A stretch of DNA of 63,999 nt, filler included, from Stramenopiles sp. TOSAG23-3 (Eukaryota), in assembly GCA_900128585.1 (NCBI GenBank). It is 19 parts of 19 records of this genome, joined end to end, with 100 filler letters (N's around TTAATTAATTAA, not from the genome) between each part and the next. Parts side by side here need not be neighbours in the genome. Positions count along the whole stretch, not along the records: positions 10,176 to 13,461 come from LT644309.1; positions 13,562 to 16,846 come from LT644310.1; positions 16,947 to 20,230 come from LT644311.1; positions 20,331 to 23,613 come from LT644312.1; 15 more parts are not named here. One strand, given 5' to 3'. Of the stretch, positions 11,437 through 22,374 are shown piece after piece; within the stretch, counting starts at the first letter, position 1; each line of letters opens with the position of its first letter. Both the position numbers and the translations under genes were made by a program. The notes beneath the pieces were generated by a model. That model ran no database searches. It was not told where the DNA came from and was given only the letters and a program-made list of their open reading frames with translations.

Positions 11437-13461
11437 ATGATGCCCCGCTGTATTTTGATCCTTCTTTTGGCATGGACGTGTTCCGTCCGAGGTGACATAC
11501 AACCGTGGGATCGCTACAACTTGTCGCCTGACTCCAGACTCCTCCACCCCTCAAAAATCCGCGAATCCAAGGGGTCAACGCTGCAGAAATCAACGGAAGG
11601 ATCGGACTTAATATTTCCGGTATCTTTGTGCCACCCGGAATCTTACGTCCTGTTTGATTTCGAACGCAACGTCGCTGGTTGGGTGGCCTTGGAATTTGGG
11701 ACGGTGCCAGCTGGGGCACGAGTCGGTCTCACCTTTTCTGAGAGCACAAACTATGCCAGCTGCCCATCAGATACAGTGAACACCAATTGCAATGCCAGTT
11801 TGCCGGGGAACCCCCAGCTGTATTCTGGCGATGATAGCAAGGGCTCTATTAACGCCGACGGTGCAGTACTCTCAGGGGAGCTTGAACCAAACACAACATT
11901 TCACGTCAACAGTTCTCACCTCCGGGGTGGGTTTCGGTACCTGAACGTCTTCTTAATGCACGCTGACGCAGGCAAATGCGTAGAAATCGAATCAGTCAAT
12001 TTAAAGTTTACTGCGGCGCCGGAGATGAGCAATCTGCGAGACTACAAAAACCACTTCTACTCTAGTGACGAATTGGTCAACCGGATTTGGTATGCCGCTG
12101 CGTACACTGTACAATTATGTACCGTCAGCGATGACCATGGCCGGGCATGGCCTCCACCTCTTCTCGGGTGGAACAATGGTGTGAAAATAGGCGTTGGAGG
12201 GAGTATTATTGTGGACGGTGCGAAACGAGACCGGACTATTTGGCCAGGCGACCTCGGAATCAGTCTTAGCACAGCGTTTGCCACGCTCGGCGATTACAAA
12301 TCTGGGTTGAACTCTCTGACAACTCTTTTTAACCTGCAGTCTCCAACTGGGCAATTGCCCTACGTTGGCCCTGCCGTCTTTTGCCAAAAACCGCAAGGGC
12401 AAGATTGCAAAGGGGAAGGGATGTGGAGCAGCGACACGTACCACCTCTGGGGGCTCATTGGCACTCGCATGATGTACTCCTACTCAAAAAACATCACATT
12501 TGCAAAGTCCATTTACGTAAAATACAAGATGGCGGTGGAGCATTCTTTGAACAAGATTGGCAAAAATGGTCTCTTTGTGGTGGACAAATTAAGCGACTGG
12601 CAAAGAGGCGGGCAGGGTGGCGAGAATATTGCGGCAAATGCGCTCTTGTACAAAGTAACCCAAGACGCAGTTGAATTAGCCACTGTCGCCAAAGACACGA
12701 TGGGAAGCGCGCACTTTAAGTTGGCGGGCCAGCAGCTGAAGGAGCGCATCAACGCTTTGCTGTGGAACAAGGAAAGGAACGCGTACAGGGACAACCCGAC
12801 AAGCAACGTTTACCCGCAAGACGGCAACTCCTTGACCGTTTGGTTCAATGTGACAAAGTCGGCGTCCCAAAAAGAGAATGTTCTTGGATATTTACGGTCC
12901 AACTGGGGCGAACGTGGGGCGATTAGCCCAGAATGGAAATACCAAGGCCAAGACGCCATTGGTACATTCCCTTCCTCTATGGAAGTTTTTGCGTGGCTTT
13001 CTACACCTGGGGCTAGGAATTCCAAACAGGGAATTGAATTGATAAAAAGAACATGGGGGTATATGTTGGGGTCACCGAACTCAACGAATTCAACATTCTG
13101 GGAAGGATTTCAGGCCGACGGACAATTTGCGTTCAGAGGGGTCTATATGTCCCATGCCCATGGATGGGCAACCGGTCCAGCTCCCGCACTAACGTATCAT
13201 GTATTGGGGATCCGGCCTGGAACTGCCAATTATGGGTACGAAGTTCAGCCTGCGTTTGACTCGGGGCTGGCCCACTGCGATGGGAGCCTCTCATTCGCAG
13301 AGTACGGTAGGGTGCGTGTCTCGTGGAGAAAACACACAAACAATACTACGGCCGAATTAACGGTTGACTCTCGCAATTACAACGGCCCCATTGGTCTGGT
13401 TGGCCTACCAAGTGTAGCACAAATTGCTCTGAAAGGAGATCATGAGAAAGGTTCCACTATT
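11437..13461 (+). CDS. Secreted GH78 alpha-L-rhamnosidase, 3' partial
   Basis: Signal peptide MMPRCILILLLAWTCSVRG. Motifs DGAKRDRTIWPGD, STFWE and SHAHGWATGP. Confidence 0.9.
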
Positions 13462-13841
13462 NNNNNNNNNNNNNNNNNNNNNNNNNNNNNNNNNNNNNNN
13501 NNNNNTTAATTAATTAANNNNNNNNNNNNNNNNNNNNNNNNNNNNNNNNNNNNNNNNNNNNTCTTCTGTGGTGATGAAAGAACGACGACGCTGAAACAAA
13601 AAAAAAAGAAGAAGAGAAAGGAGAGGAAGAAAAGAAAGAAAGGAGAGAAGTTAGATAGAAGTAGAAAGAAGTAATATATAGAGCATATATATCGCCAACC
13701 AAAAGGATGTGTATGTCAACGTGTACTTTCCATTCTCTTCTTTAATTTGAAGTAATACACACACGCACGCATTACAATTTAACCAACCCAAAGGTGTTGT
13801 TTATTCGTTGACTTTATACACTGCACGCGCACACGAGAAGA

Positions 13842-15484
13842 ATGGCAAGTGCGTTGAGAGTGGCCAGGAAAGCCACCACGACGACCGTGTATCTGTTGCG
13901 GCACGGAGACCGGCATGACTTCCGTGTGCCAGCGTGGAAGGAGAAGATTGCAAAGGCCGGTGGCCTTGTCATAGACCCCCCCCTGTCTGCACTGGGGCAT
14001 CGCCAGGCAAGAGAGACCGCCGAATTGCTCAAGAACGAGCCCATCGATATGATCCTGTGCTCCCCGTACGTGAGGACCATACAAACGGCTACACCCCTCG
14101 CCGAAGCGTTGGGTGTGCCCATTTCGGTCGAGCCAGGGCTCAGCGAATGCCATCATGTTCAGGACGTTCTCCCTGGGCCAAACAAACGATTCGAAACGTT
14201 CCCCAACGTCGACTTCGAGTACGCCCCCTTGCTGGACCCACAGACCAACACCAGCCCGAAGGGGAAAGAAACCACGTCGGGTTACTTCAACCGCATGATG
14301 AACTTTTCGACCCTCCTTTCCGAACAGCTGGAGGGGAAAACAGTCGTCCTGTTTTCCCACGCGGCGTCTGTGGCTCTCGTTGCTGCTCTGCTGGACTGTG
14401 ACATGGGAGCAATCCCAAAGGGCAATGTCGGAGGGACGGGGCGGTCGGACCTCTTCGCCCCTTGCGGGGTGTACAAACTCGTACGCCACGGAGGGCTCTC
14501 TGGAAAGTGGGAGCTGGAGAGGAACGGCTCCGGCAACGAACATCTGTCCGAACGGTCGCCAGAGACATACCCGTGGGGGTTCCAGCCAGAGGACTGCGAG
14601 CGATGGAGCACCATGCGGAATATGCGGAGTACCCTTGCCCCGTTCAACAACGGGCTCACCGTCCCGCGCATTGGCTACGGCACGTACCAGCGGAAGTCGA
14701 ACGTTCAGCCAGGGGACGTGAAAAACATGGTCTTGACCGCCATACGCTTGGGGTACAGGCACATTGACTGCGCCACGTTTTACAGGACGCTATCCGTGAG
14801 TGCGGCTTAAAGCGTGAGGAACTCTTCATTACTGGTAAAGTATGGAACGATTTTCAAGGGTACGATGCGTGCCGGGTTAGCTTTATGAAATCAATGAACG
14901 ATTTGGGAATCGACTACTTCGACTTGTTCCTAGTCCACTGGCCGTTTCCTGGGTTGCACACCGAAACGTACCGATGTTTGGAACAACTGCACGCGGAAGG
15001 GAAACTGAGGAGTATCGGTGTTAGCAATTACACCGTGGACGACTACAAGGAACTGAAAAAGACCATGAAGATCAAACCAGTGTGCAATCAAATTGAAGTA
15101 AATCCTATGCTGTACCGTAAAGAGACCATTGACTTTTTCCACTCGAACGGAGTGCGAATTTGCGCGTACAAACCGCTAGGGGCTGGGAAGACGTTAAAGA
15201 ACCAGGTTGTTCTCGACTTGGCGAGTAAATACAACGTAAGCGCGGGTCAGCTTTGTATCCGCTGGGGGTTCCAGCATGGGTTTGTCGTGATCACAAAGTC
15301 TGGCAACGAGGGCCGCATGAAGGACAACTATGGCATTTTTAACTTTCAAATTAGCAATGAGGACATGGGTGCGTTGGACGCAATTACGACTGCAGAAACG
15401 AAAGAAAACTTCTACGAGCATTACCTCAGCCGACTCAGCCGAAGGAGCCAAGACCCACCTTCGAAACGGCAGCGTGTGGAGTAA
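13842..15484 (+). CDS. Histidine phosphatase (PGM family) fused to an aldo-keto reductase, frameshifted near 14785
   Basis: RHG, SPYVRTIQTA and FSHAA motifs, then NGLTVPRIGYGT...GYRHIDCATFY. The AKR resumes in another frame at 14786 (DAIRECGLKREELFITGKVWN...DLFLVHWP...SIGVSNY). Confidence 0.85.
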
Positions 15485-15588
15485 GACGGCGAAAGGTGCA
15501 TCTCCCCAAACTTACACTTTTAGTTATTTCACTTCACATTGTGCGCGGTATTTTGATCAGGAGAGATCGTTAATAATTATTTCGTATG

Positions 15589-15874
15589 AAAACAAATTAT
15601 ATAGTATGTTTTTAATAAGGATAAAGGTTGGAACTGAAATCATAATTGATATAAAATGAGAGTCTTAAAGCATATGATATGATACTATAAAAATTTGTTT
15701 TTTTGTTTTAATAAGTACGATCAAAAAGGAAAGAAATAACAGCCAATTTTCTTGTTTAATTAACAGCCAATTTTCTTGTTTTTAGAACAAAGAAGGTATG
15801 TTAATGATACATATCCTCATATCTTATCATAAAACCGTTCAAGAAGAACCCAAACTCCTCCTTGTTTAAGAATA
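15589..15874. repeat. Dispersed 3'-intergenic repeat cluster (B, G, F, reverse B, two reverse A, reverse E)
   Basis: aaaacaaattatatagtatgttttt at 15589; aaaatgagagtcttaaa at 15653; taacagccaattttcttgttt at 15737 and 15761; reverse E at 15830. Confidence 0.85.
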
Positions 15875-16076
15875 CGAAAAAATATTACTTCGTATGATCT
15901 TACATCTTACCGTATTGTACTCTTGGGGTACGAAGTATTAAATAATACGTACACTGGTTTTGAAAAATGATGCCTTTGATCTTGGTATTTGAACTTTTCA
16001 AACTTGTTTTAAGAATTTAATGTACGATGTTCACGTGACCGCAATCCTCAGTCCTCATAGACATTCCTCAGCCCTT

Positions 16077-16846
16077 CTACTGCGGGGGAATCTTTCGGGC
16101 AAACTTCTCCCCAGTTTGAAAATCAGCCCTTACTTCCAATCCGCCTGGTATGCGCTGCCCTGGAGCAATCTTCTTCCACTCTTCTGTAGGCTCAAACAGT
16201 GGGATATTCCCGGTCATGACGGTCAGCATCTTTTCGCAACGCTCCAGTTCGTACGTGGCAAACTCTGCTTCTTCCCCCACAAGGCCCTTCAACGTTTTGA
16301 CATTCTGTTCCAAGGCATCAAACAGGCTTGGGAAAGACCCAAGAAGCGCCTCTGTAAATATTTTGTCGGCCAGTACAAAGCTCAAAATGGCTTGCTGTGC
16401 AACGTCCTTGGTCTGCTCGTCTGCGACCACACTGTCATTCTTAGTGTATCCCATGTACGGCACAATCGTATTCATCAGCACGACACCGTCCTTGGAGGCA
16501 AGCATGTCTGGGAAATCTCCAAGAATGCTGTGGATCAAGAAGACTACCTTTCGTATGATAACCAATCCAACCCTGGACTCCTCCTCCCCCTCGACGGATA
16601 GGTCGGCCGTGGTCCACCGCAAAAAATGCTCGAGCCCGTCGTGGCGCTGAAAAAATGCTTCTAGGGACGGGCGGTACCCTCGAAGGAGGCTACCCAGAGC
16701 AAACAGCAGTTTTCCAAACGTTTTGCTGTGCATGGGTTCCAACCCAATCTGCGCCATAAGGCACTCCAACGCGTCGTGGTCCAGTGCCCACTGCTGGCAC
16801 GCCGGCGCGTTCTGTACAATAGTTCCCAATACGTTCGCGGACTTCT
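16077..16846 (-). CDS. Hsp70 nucleotide-exchange factor-like ARM protein (SIL1/Fes1 family), 5' partial
   Basis: ANVLGTIVQNAPACQ and KLLFALGSLLRG ARM motifs. C-terminal FEPTEEWKKIAPGQRIPGGLEVRADFQTGEKFAR. Confidence 0.75.
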
Positions 16847-17596
16847 NNNNNNNNNNNNNNNNNNNNNNNNNNNNNNNNNNNNNNNNNNNNTTAATTAATT
16901 AANNNNNNNNNNNNNNNNNNNNNNNNNNNNNNNNNNNNNNNNNNNNTGGCAAATAAAATATATACTCACCACACACACAGCAGTCGTAATAGTGTGTCTA
17001 AAATATTTTGAGACAACCAAAAATCTTCTCATTCTTCACACATTATCATCATCAATCGAAGAAGTAAAAAAAAAGAAAGAAAGAAAGACGACAAGAAGAA
17101 GAAACCAAACACTGTATTAACCCTATTATATTATTATTTTTTTATTAAATAATTTAATAATAATATAAAACGTGTTTGTTGTATTATTGGAATTATAAGT
17201 AAATCAATTTATATCGCGCTTCATTTTTGATAGAATTAAGAAATAAGTATAAATTACGATTATTAAAATAACAATTCTATTTGCCTAACGCGTGACTAAC
17301 GCATTACAATCCAGAACACAATCTAGTTACTGGCCACTTACCGATGGCATAATTAGGCAGAAGCGCGATATTAATATTATTCGCGCAACTTACATTGTCT
17401 ATGTTATTATTTGTAGTGAATGAAATATATATACAACGTATGATTAAGAAACGTTTTTCATCATCTTCTTCACGATTATAAATTAAGACAGATAGAATAT
17501 GTAGTATGCATTCATATAGACTGTCTATGTACATAAAAGTAGTTGTCTTCAAGTGCATTTATATACAGTACTCACTCGTAAAGATGAAATCTATGC

Positions 17597-17663
17597 ACCA
17601 CCGGGCGTGCACCAGTCAGTGATTGACGGACCACCGGACGTGCACCAGTCAGTATTGACGGAC
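17597..17663. repeat. Two tandem ~33-bp GC-rich repeats
   Basis: accaccgg(g/a)cgtgcaccagtcagt(g)attgacgg occurs twice. Confidence 0.9.
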
Positions 17664-17769
17664 AGTGGTTCGTTCTTTCTGGATCTTTTCAACGAGTAGA
17701 TTATAAATACATCACCACACCATTCGGTGAATTGAATCTTCCCCAAGTGAATAATATGATCAGATTCAT

Positions 17770-18077
17770 TTTTCGCATTTTATTATGTATGCTTTTTCCC
17801 TCATTTTTTTCCTACGATAGATGAATGAACGATGCTATACAGGTGAATAGTAAAGAGAATAATAATAAGAAATTTCGCATTTTATGTATACTTTCTCTCA
17901 TTTTTTTTCTACGATATATGAACGATGCTATACAGGTGAATAGTAAGAGAATTATAAAAAGAAATTTCGCATTTTTTGTTTTTCGCATTTTATGTATATA
18001 TTTTTTCCCTCATTTTTTTTCTACGATAGATGAACGATGATATACAGGTGAATAGTATAGAGAATAATAATAAGAAA
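17770..18077. repeat. Three tandem ~95-110-bp repeats upstream of GST
   Basis: Unit tttcgcatttt...ctcattttttttctacgata...gaacgatg(c/a)tatacaggtgaatagta...agaaa. Confidence 0.9.
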
Positions 18078-18259
18078 CCCATGTGATCGGTCGGAGTTTA
18101 GGTGTGAAGGTATGTTTCGTGATTGAGCGCGGCGAGCTTACATTTCTGTATTTCGTTGATTACTTTCTGGTTCACTCCAAACCAACAACTATATTTACCA
18201 CAACGAAACTGAAAAAAAAAAATATAAAAAAAATAAAATAATTGTAAACTTTTATAATC

Positions 18260-18952
18260 ATGGCAAGTAAACCTACACTTCACTACTTCGATGTAAACGG
18301 CAGAGGCGAAGTTAGCAAAATGGTCGCCGCAGTCGGTGGGCTCGATATCAACATTGTCGAGTATCCTTTTGTGGCAAATGGCGCGTCAGCGGCCGACAAG
18401 CTGAAAGCGGGTAAGGTTGAATCCGAGCATACGAAGGCTGCCACTGCAATGGGTATGGACGGCTGTGGGCTTCCGATTATCGTACACGATGATCTTAAGA
18501 TCAACCAAAGCTTTGCTTGTGCCAATTATTTTGCTAATATCGGTCCGAAATATCCGAAGGTTACCCCGAGTCAACGGGCCGTCGATGACATGTTTCAAGG
18601 TGCGCTGGAGGACTGTATGGGCCTCGCTGCCGGTGTCATACTCAGTGGTGGTGACCCAGCCCTGGTTCCAAAGGCTATGTCTAAAATTCTCACTCATCTG
18701 AGCAAGTATATTCCGGAAGAAGGATTCGTGCACGGTCATGACACGCCTACCATCGCCGACATATGCATTCTTGTCTTGACCCAAGCGTTAATACCTTTTG
18801 GCGCTACACTTGGTGAAGGTGCTGCTGCCTGCTACAGTCAGTTTCCCAAGGCTGTAGCCCTCGGAGAACGCACTGCTGCGTTTCCGGCAATTGCTGAATG
18901 GCTCAAAAATGAGAACTGTAATCTCAAAAAACCGCCACGTGCTAGTCGCTAG
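18260..18952 (+). CDS. Glutathione S-transferase (Tyr-type, sigma-like)
   Basis: LHYFDVNGRGE, GLPI, INQS and C-terminal PTIADI motifs. Confidence 0.88.
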   Translation: MASKPTLHYFDVNGRGEVSKMVAAVGGLDINIVEYPFVANGASAADKLKAGKVESEHTKAATAMGMDGCGLPIIVHDDLKINQSFACANYFANIGPKYPKVTPSQRAVDDMFQGALEDCMGLAAGVILSGGDPALVPKAMSKILTHLSKYIPEEGFVHGHDTPTIADICILVLTQALIPFGATLGEGAAACYSQFPKAVALGERTAAFPAIAEWLKNENCNLKKPPRASR

Positions 18953-19487
18953 GAAGCCCAGTATATGTCGCATTCAATCTCGACTCCGTACATGCTAGCC
19001 AGACAGTTCGCATCCGGCACACCTGGCATCAGTCATGATGTGTATAATGAAGAGGTTGATTATGGTTCTTCTCTTCTCTAGAAGAAATCTATCAACACGA
19101 GAATAATGGTGATTTTGATTGGGATCAAGATCGCTTTATTTACGATTAATATTCATTTCATTTGGGCCAAAAAAAGTTCTATTTTAGTTTCACTATACCA
19201 ATTTATATAGGACATTGTTACAAGTACAAACAATCATTGAATTTTGTAGCAAAAACTTAAAATATTATACTTGTAATATATTTCCTATATAAATGCGTAG
19301 AATTGCAGTACAGAGTACACAGTATAGTGTTTTTTTTCCAATAATAATAATTCCGAAAAAAAAGAAGAAAATAAACGAAGATATTTATTATTNNNNNNNN
19401 NNNNNNNNNNNNNNNNNNNNNNNNNNNNNNNNNNNNNNNNNNNNNNNNNNNNNNNNNNNNNNNNNNNNNNNNNNNNNNNNNNNNNNN

Positions 19488-20165
19488 CCCCGCAAACTGA
19501 CGACGACGAAGGCGTCGGCGATATCGGCGATATACGTCAGTCTCCTTTTCAGCCTCTTCGCGTTTGAGTTCAGCCTCTTCGCGGGCCCTTACGCACGATG
19601 GTACACGGCCTGACTTCATAATTAATTCCAATACTTTTATTTGTTCAATTTCTTCGATCGGACACTCGACAAGTTGTTTGAGATCATCAACGCATTGTAA
19701 CTGTGTGGCAGTGCAATGGGCGTAAGGGTTGGGGGGGCACTGTGCGGGGCCTGGTTGGCAGAACGCAGCATTCATTTGGTCGAGCTGTGCATTTCTCTCT
19801 TCCTTTTTGATCTTAGCTTTAAGTACTTCAGCTTCTTCGCAAGAAACATCATATTTGGGATTCCCTAAATATTCAAGAAACTGCCAACCGTCTTCACCAT
19901 GTTCAATTTCTTCACTAATGCAGGGACAAGCATCGTCAAATTTCGGACTTTCGACCTCCGAGACATCCAAGACACGATTCAAATTTTCGGCTCTCCTAGT
20001 CCCTTCGGGACAACATAATCCTCCAATGTCACCACTCATAATACGCATCCCCTGTACCCCCTGAGGTGTGGCGTACGAGCAGGAATACTCGGCTTTGCTC
20101 TGCACGGCAAGGCAGGTCACAAGAAAGCAGGTTAATATTATGTTTTTCATTATCTTGTTCATCAT
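19488..20165 (-). CDS. Secreted Cys-rich hypothetical protein, 3' end lost in a scaffold gap
   Basis: Signal peptide (IILTCFLVTCLAVQSKA) and about 11 Cys in the mature region. Runs into the N gap at 19393-19487. Confidence 0.65.
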
Positions 20166-20407
20166 TCAAGTGTGACAAGTTTAGTAATGGAAACACGTAA
20201 ACGTAGGCAAATACGTATTACTTACTTTTANNNNNNNNNNNNNNNNNNNNNNNNNNNNNNNNNNNNNNNNNNNNTTAATTAATTAANNNNNNNNNNNNNN
20301 NNNNNNNNNNNNNNNNNNNNNNNNNNNNNNAGGCCTACTTGCACCTTTGTACACAGGGTATGGCATATCTTTGCCCATCTCCACATCTTTTGTTCCCTCA
20401 TCCGTAG

Positions 20408-20704
20408 CCCATAAAAGAGGACCCATACACCGCGTATCAAGTGCTTTGCAAAGTGTGCAGTAAGGAGTTCGAAGAAAAGCAAAAATATTACAGTTGCAAG
20501 TCGTGCAAAGAGGGGCCCATTCATTATAATTGCCTCCACCACTCCGACAGGTTTGGGATAAATCACTTGAAATGTATCCAAACGTTGATGGAGAGTATGC
20601 GTGACTACACAGACATGTGCATGGTCCTTCCTGGTTACAAAGACCGGCGTGGGATCCGTCCATACGGACATCGAAATGGCACGTACGCACGAAATTTCTA
20701 CTAA
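20408..20704 (+). CDS. Terminal exon of a Cys/His zinc-finger-like protein, partial
   Basis: CKVC...YSCKSC...HYNC pattern (PHD-like). Possible 50-nt GT-AG intron at 20358-20407. Confidence 0.5.
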   Translation, partial: PIKEDPYTAYQVLCKVCSKEFEEKQKYYSCKSCKEGPIHYNCLHHSDRFGINHLKCIQTLMESMRDYTDMCMVLPGYKDRRGIRPYGHRNGTYARNFY

Positions 20705-20859
20705 GAAGTTAGAGTGCCTAATTGTACATTAATTATTTTTTCTCCTTGGTAAATTTAATCCTCAAATAAAAAAAAACAAATTATATAGAATATGCTGTTC
20801 TTTAGATTTAATATTTTTAATCTCTAGATTATCATTATTAGAAGCAGTCAGTGCTCTAA

Positions 20860-22374
20860 TTATTTTCCTTTGTGCTTATAACGTCCTTTTTTCGGCCCGT
20901 GCGATTTCCCATGCCTTTTTATGTGAGACTTATCTTCCTTTCTATAGCCCCGTCGCGCGTGGTTATGGTACCCTATCGGTTCGTGCTCCCTGGCGAAATC
21001 TAACCGGTCTTGAACAATCTTTTCGTGGGCCGCGTTTACATCAAACTCTTTCGTTAACTCCCTCCTTCGTTTACTCCAATACTTGACGCCCATCCCACTT
21101 TTCTTGCGGAGCTCTTCTTGCATCCATTGTGCGCCGTAGTACACCATTGAGGAATCGTGAGTGAGACGTACCCAGTCCTCAAAGTACAATCTCCCTTTGT
21201 CCAGCATGGAAGAGTACCCGCCCTGGCCCCGGCTGCCTTTTTCCTTCTGTTTCAAGAAATGGCGCATTTCCTTCAGCAAGTCATAGTTTACGTTACCACC
21301 ATGACCAGCATCATCTTCGTGGTGCCGCTGTGCGTGGTCAAATGCTTTCAGCCTGTCGCATATGGTGTCGACGTTTATGTATGGTTTGGGGTCGTTGGGA
21401 TCTGGTGGCTGATGGTACTGAAGCTCATGGAACGTGAAGTGCAAGAGCTCGTCCTCGTGCATCAAGCAAATGGTTTCGACCAAAGTGCAGAATTCTTTGA
21501 CGTCCAAGTACCCTGGCTTATCAGCACTACCGTAGTCATGGCAAATGCAATCCACGAACACGCTGGATGCGTACATTTCGTTGTCGTGTTCAAAATAATC
21601 CGACAAGTCTTGGTGAACAACTTGCCCGTTATGGTAAATATCGACTTTTTCAAACAAATGGAACATGCCGTTTAATACCTTGTCCGGATAATCGCCTATA
21701 AGCTTTGTGCTTATAAAAATAGACTGATCAAATTTTATCTCCCGGACCATTTTGTAGCTCTCGTCCCGAAGTATGTCTCGAAATGTCCACAGAAATATAG
21801 CAATTCGTTTTAAGTCCTCTGGCGGCAAGGGGGAGTGGTTGACCTTCTCGGCTACTCCCACTATCTTCAGCAACTCAGACAACTCGTCGACTCCAAGGTG
21901 ACCCTTCTTGTTCTTGTGCTGTTTCGGCGGTGCGTTCTCGACGTGTAAGATCTTCAATATTTGGTGGTAATGCTCACCTTTCATTTTCAGCTCCTTTCGC
22001 TTGTCAAACGTTAGCCCGTTCTTGGCGAACCGTCCGGCGTCACCCGGGCTCATCCCTTTGAACAAGTGAGCGTACTGTTTCATCCCATTCTTTTTCATTA
22101 GCTTCACTACGTTGAACTCGTGCTTGTCGCGATGCTTCGTCGCTGCTTCGTGGTGCTCTTCGTTGTTGTAAGATTTGCTTAGGGTAGGCATTCCTTTTAT
22201 GTGTGCCTTGTCCATAAAATGGAGGGTTTTGTGAAGCAGTGGTTCTTCCAGGCGCTGCCAATCCTCAAGTTGCTCGGGGATCGGTATTTGCGCTCGCCGG
22301 CAGCCCGCGTGCAGAGTGGATTTCCCCGAAAGGCCATGCGCTGCAATTTCCACTTTGGACGATAAACAACCCAT
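20860..22374 (-). CDS. N-acylated EF-hand protein with a SAM-like segment
   Basis: MGCLSSK acylation motif at ATG 22374. Degenerate EF hands (DIYHNGQV, DKPGYLDVKEF). GMKQYAHLF...KELKMKGEHYHQIL is SAM-like. Confidence 0.7.
   Translation of the reverse strand: MGCLSSKVEIAAHGLSGKSTLHAGCRRAQIPIPEQLEDWQRLEEPLLHKTLHFMDKAHIKGMPTLSKSYNNEEHHEAATKHRDKHEFNVVKLMKKNGMKQYAHLFKGMSPGDAGRFAKNGLTFDKRKELKMKGEHYHQILKILHVENAPPKQHKNKKGHLGVDELSELLKIVGVAEKVNHSPLPPEDLKRIAIFLWTFRDILRDESYKMVREIKFDQSIFISTKLIGDYPDKVLNGMFHLFEKVDIYHNGQVVHQDLSDYFEHDNEMYASSVFVDCICHDYGSADKPGYLDVKEFCTLVETICLMHEDELLHFTFHELQYHQPPDPNDPKPYINVDTICDRLKAFDHAQRHHEDDAGHGGNVNYDLLKEMRHFLKQKEKGSRGQGGYSSMLDKGRLYFEDWVRLTHDSSMVYYGAQWMQEELRKKSGMGVKYWSKRRRELTKEFDVNAAHEKIVQDRLDFAREHEPIGYHNHARRGYRKEDKSHIKRHGKSHGPKKGRYKHKGK

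Noticed and set aside
14780-14790. Programmed ribosomal frameshift in the AKR
   Set aside because: There is no slippery heptamer, and conserved residues are physically missing.
17770-18077. CRISPR array
   Set aside because: Whole units are repeated with no unique spacers, no cas genes are present, and the context is eukaryotic.
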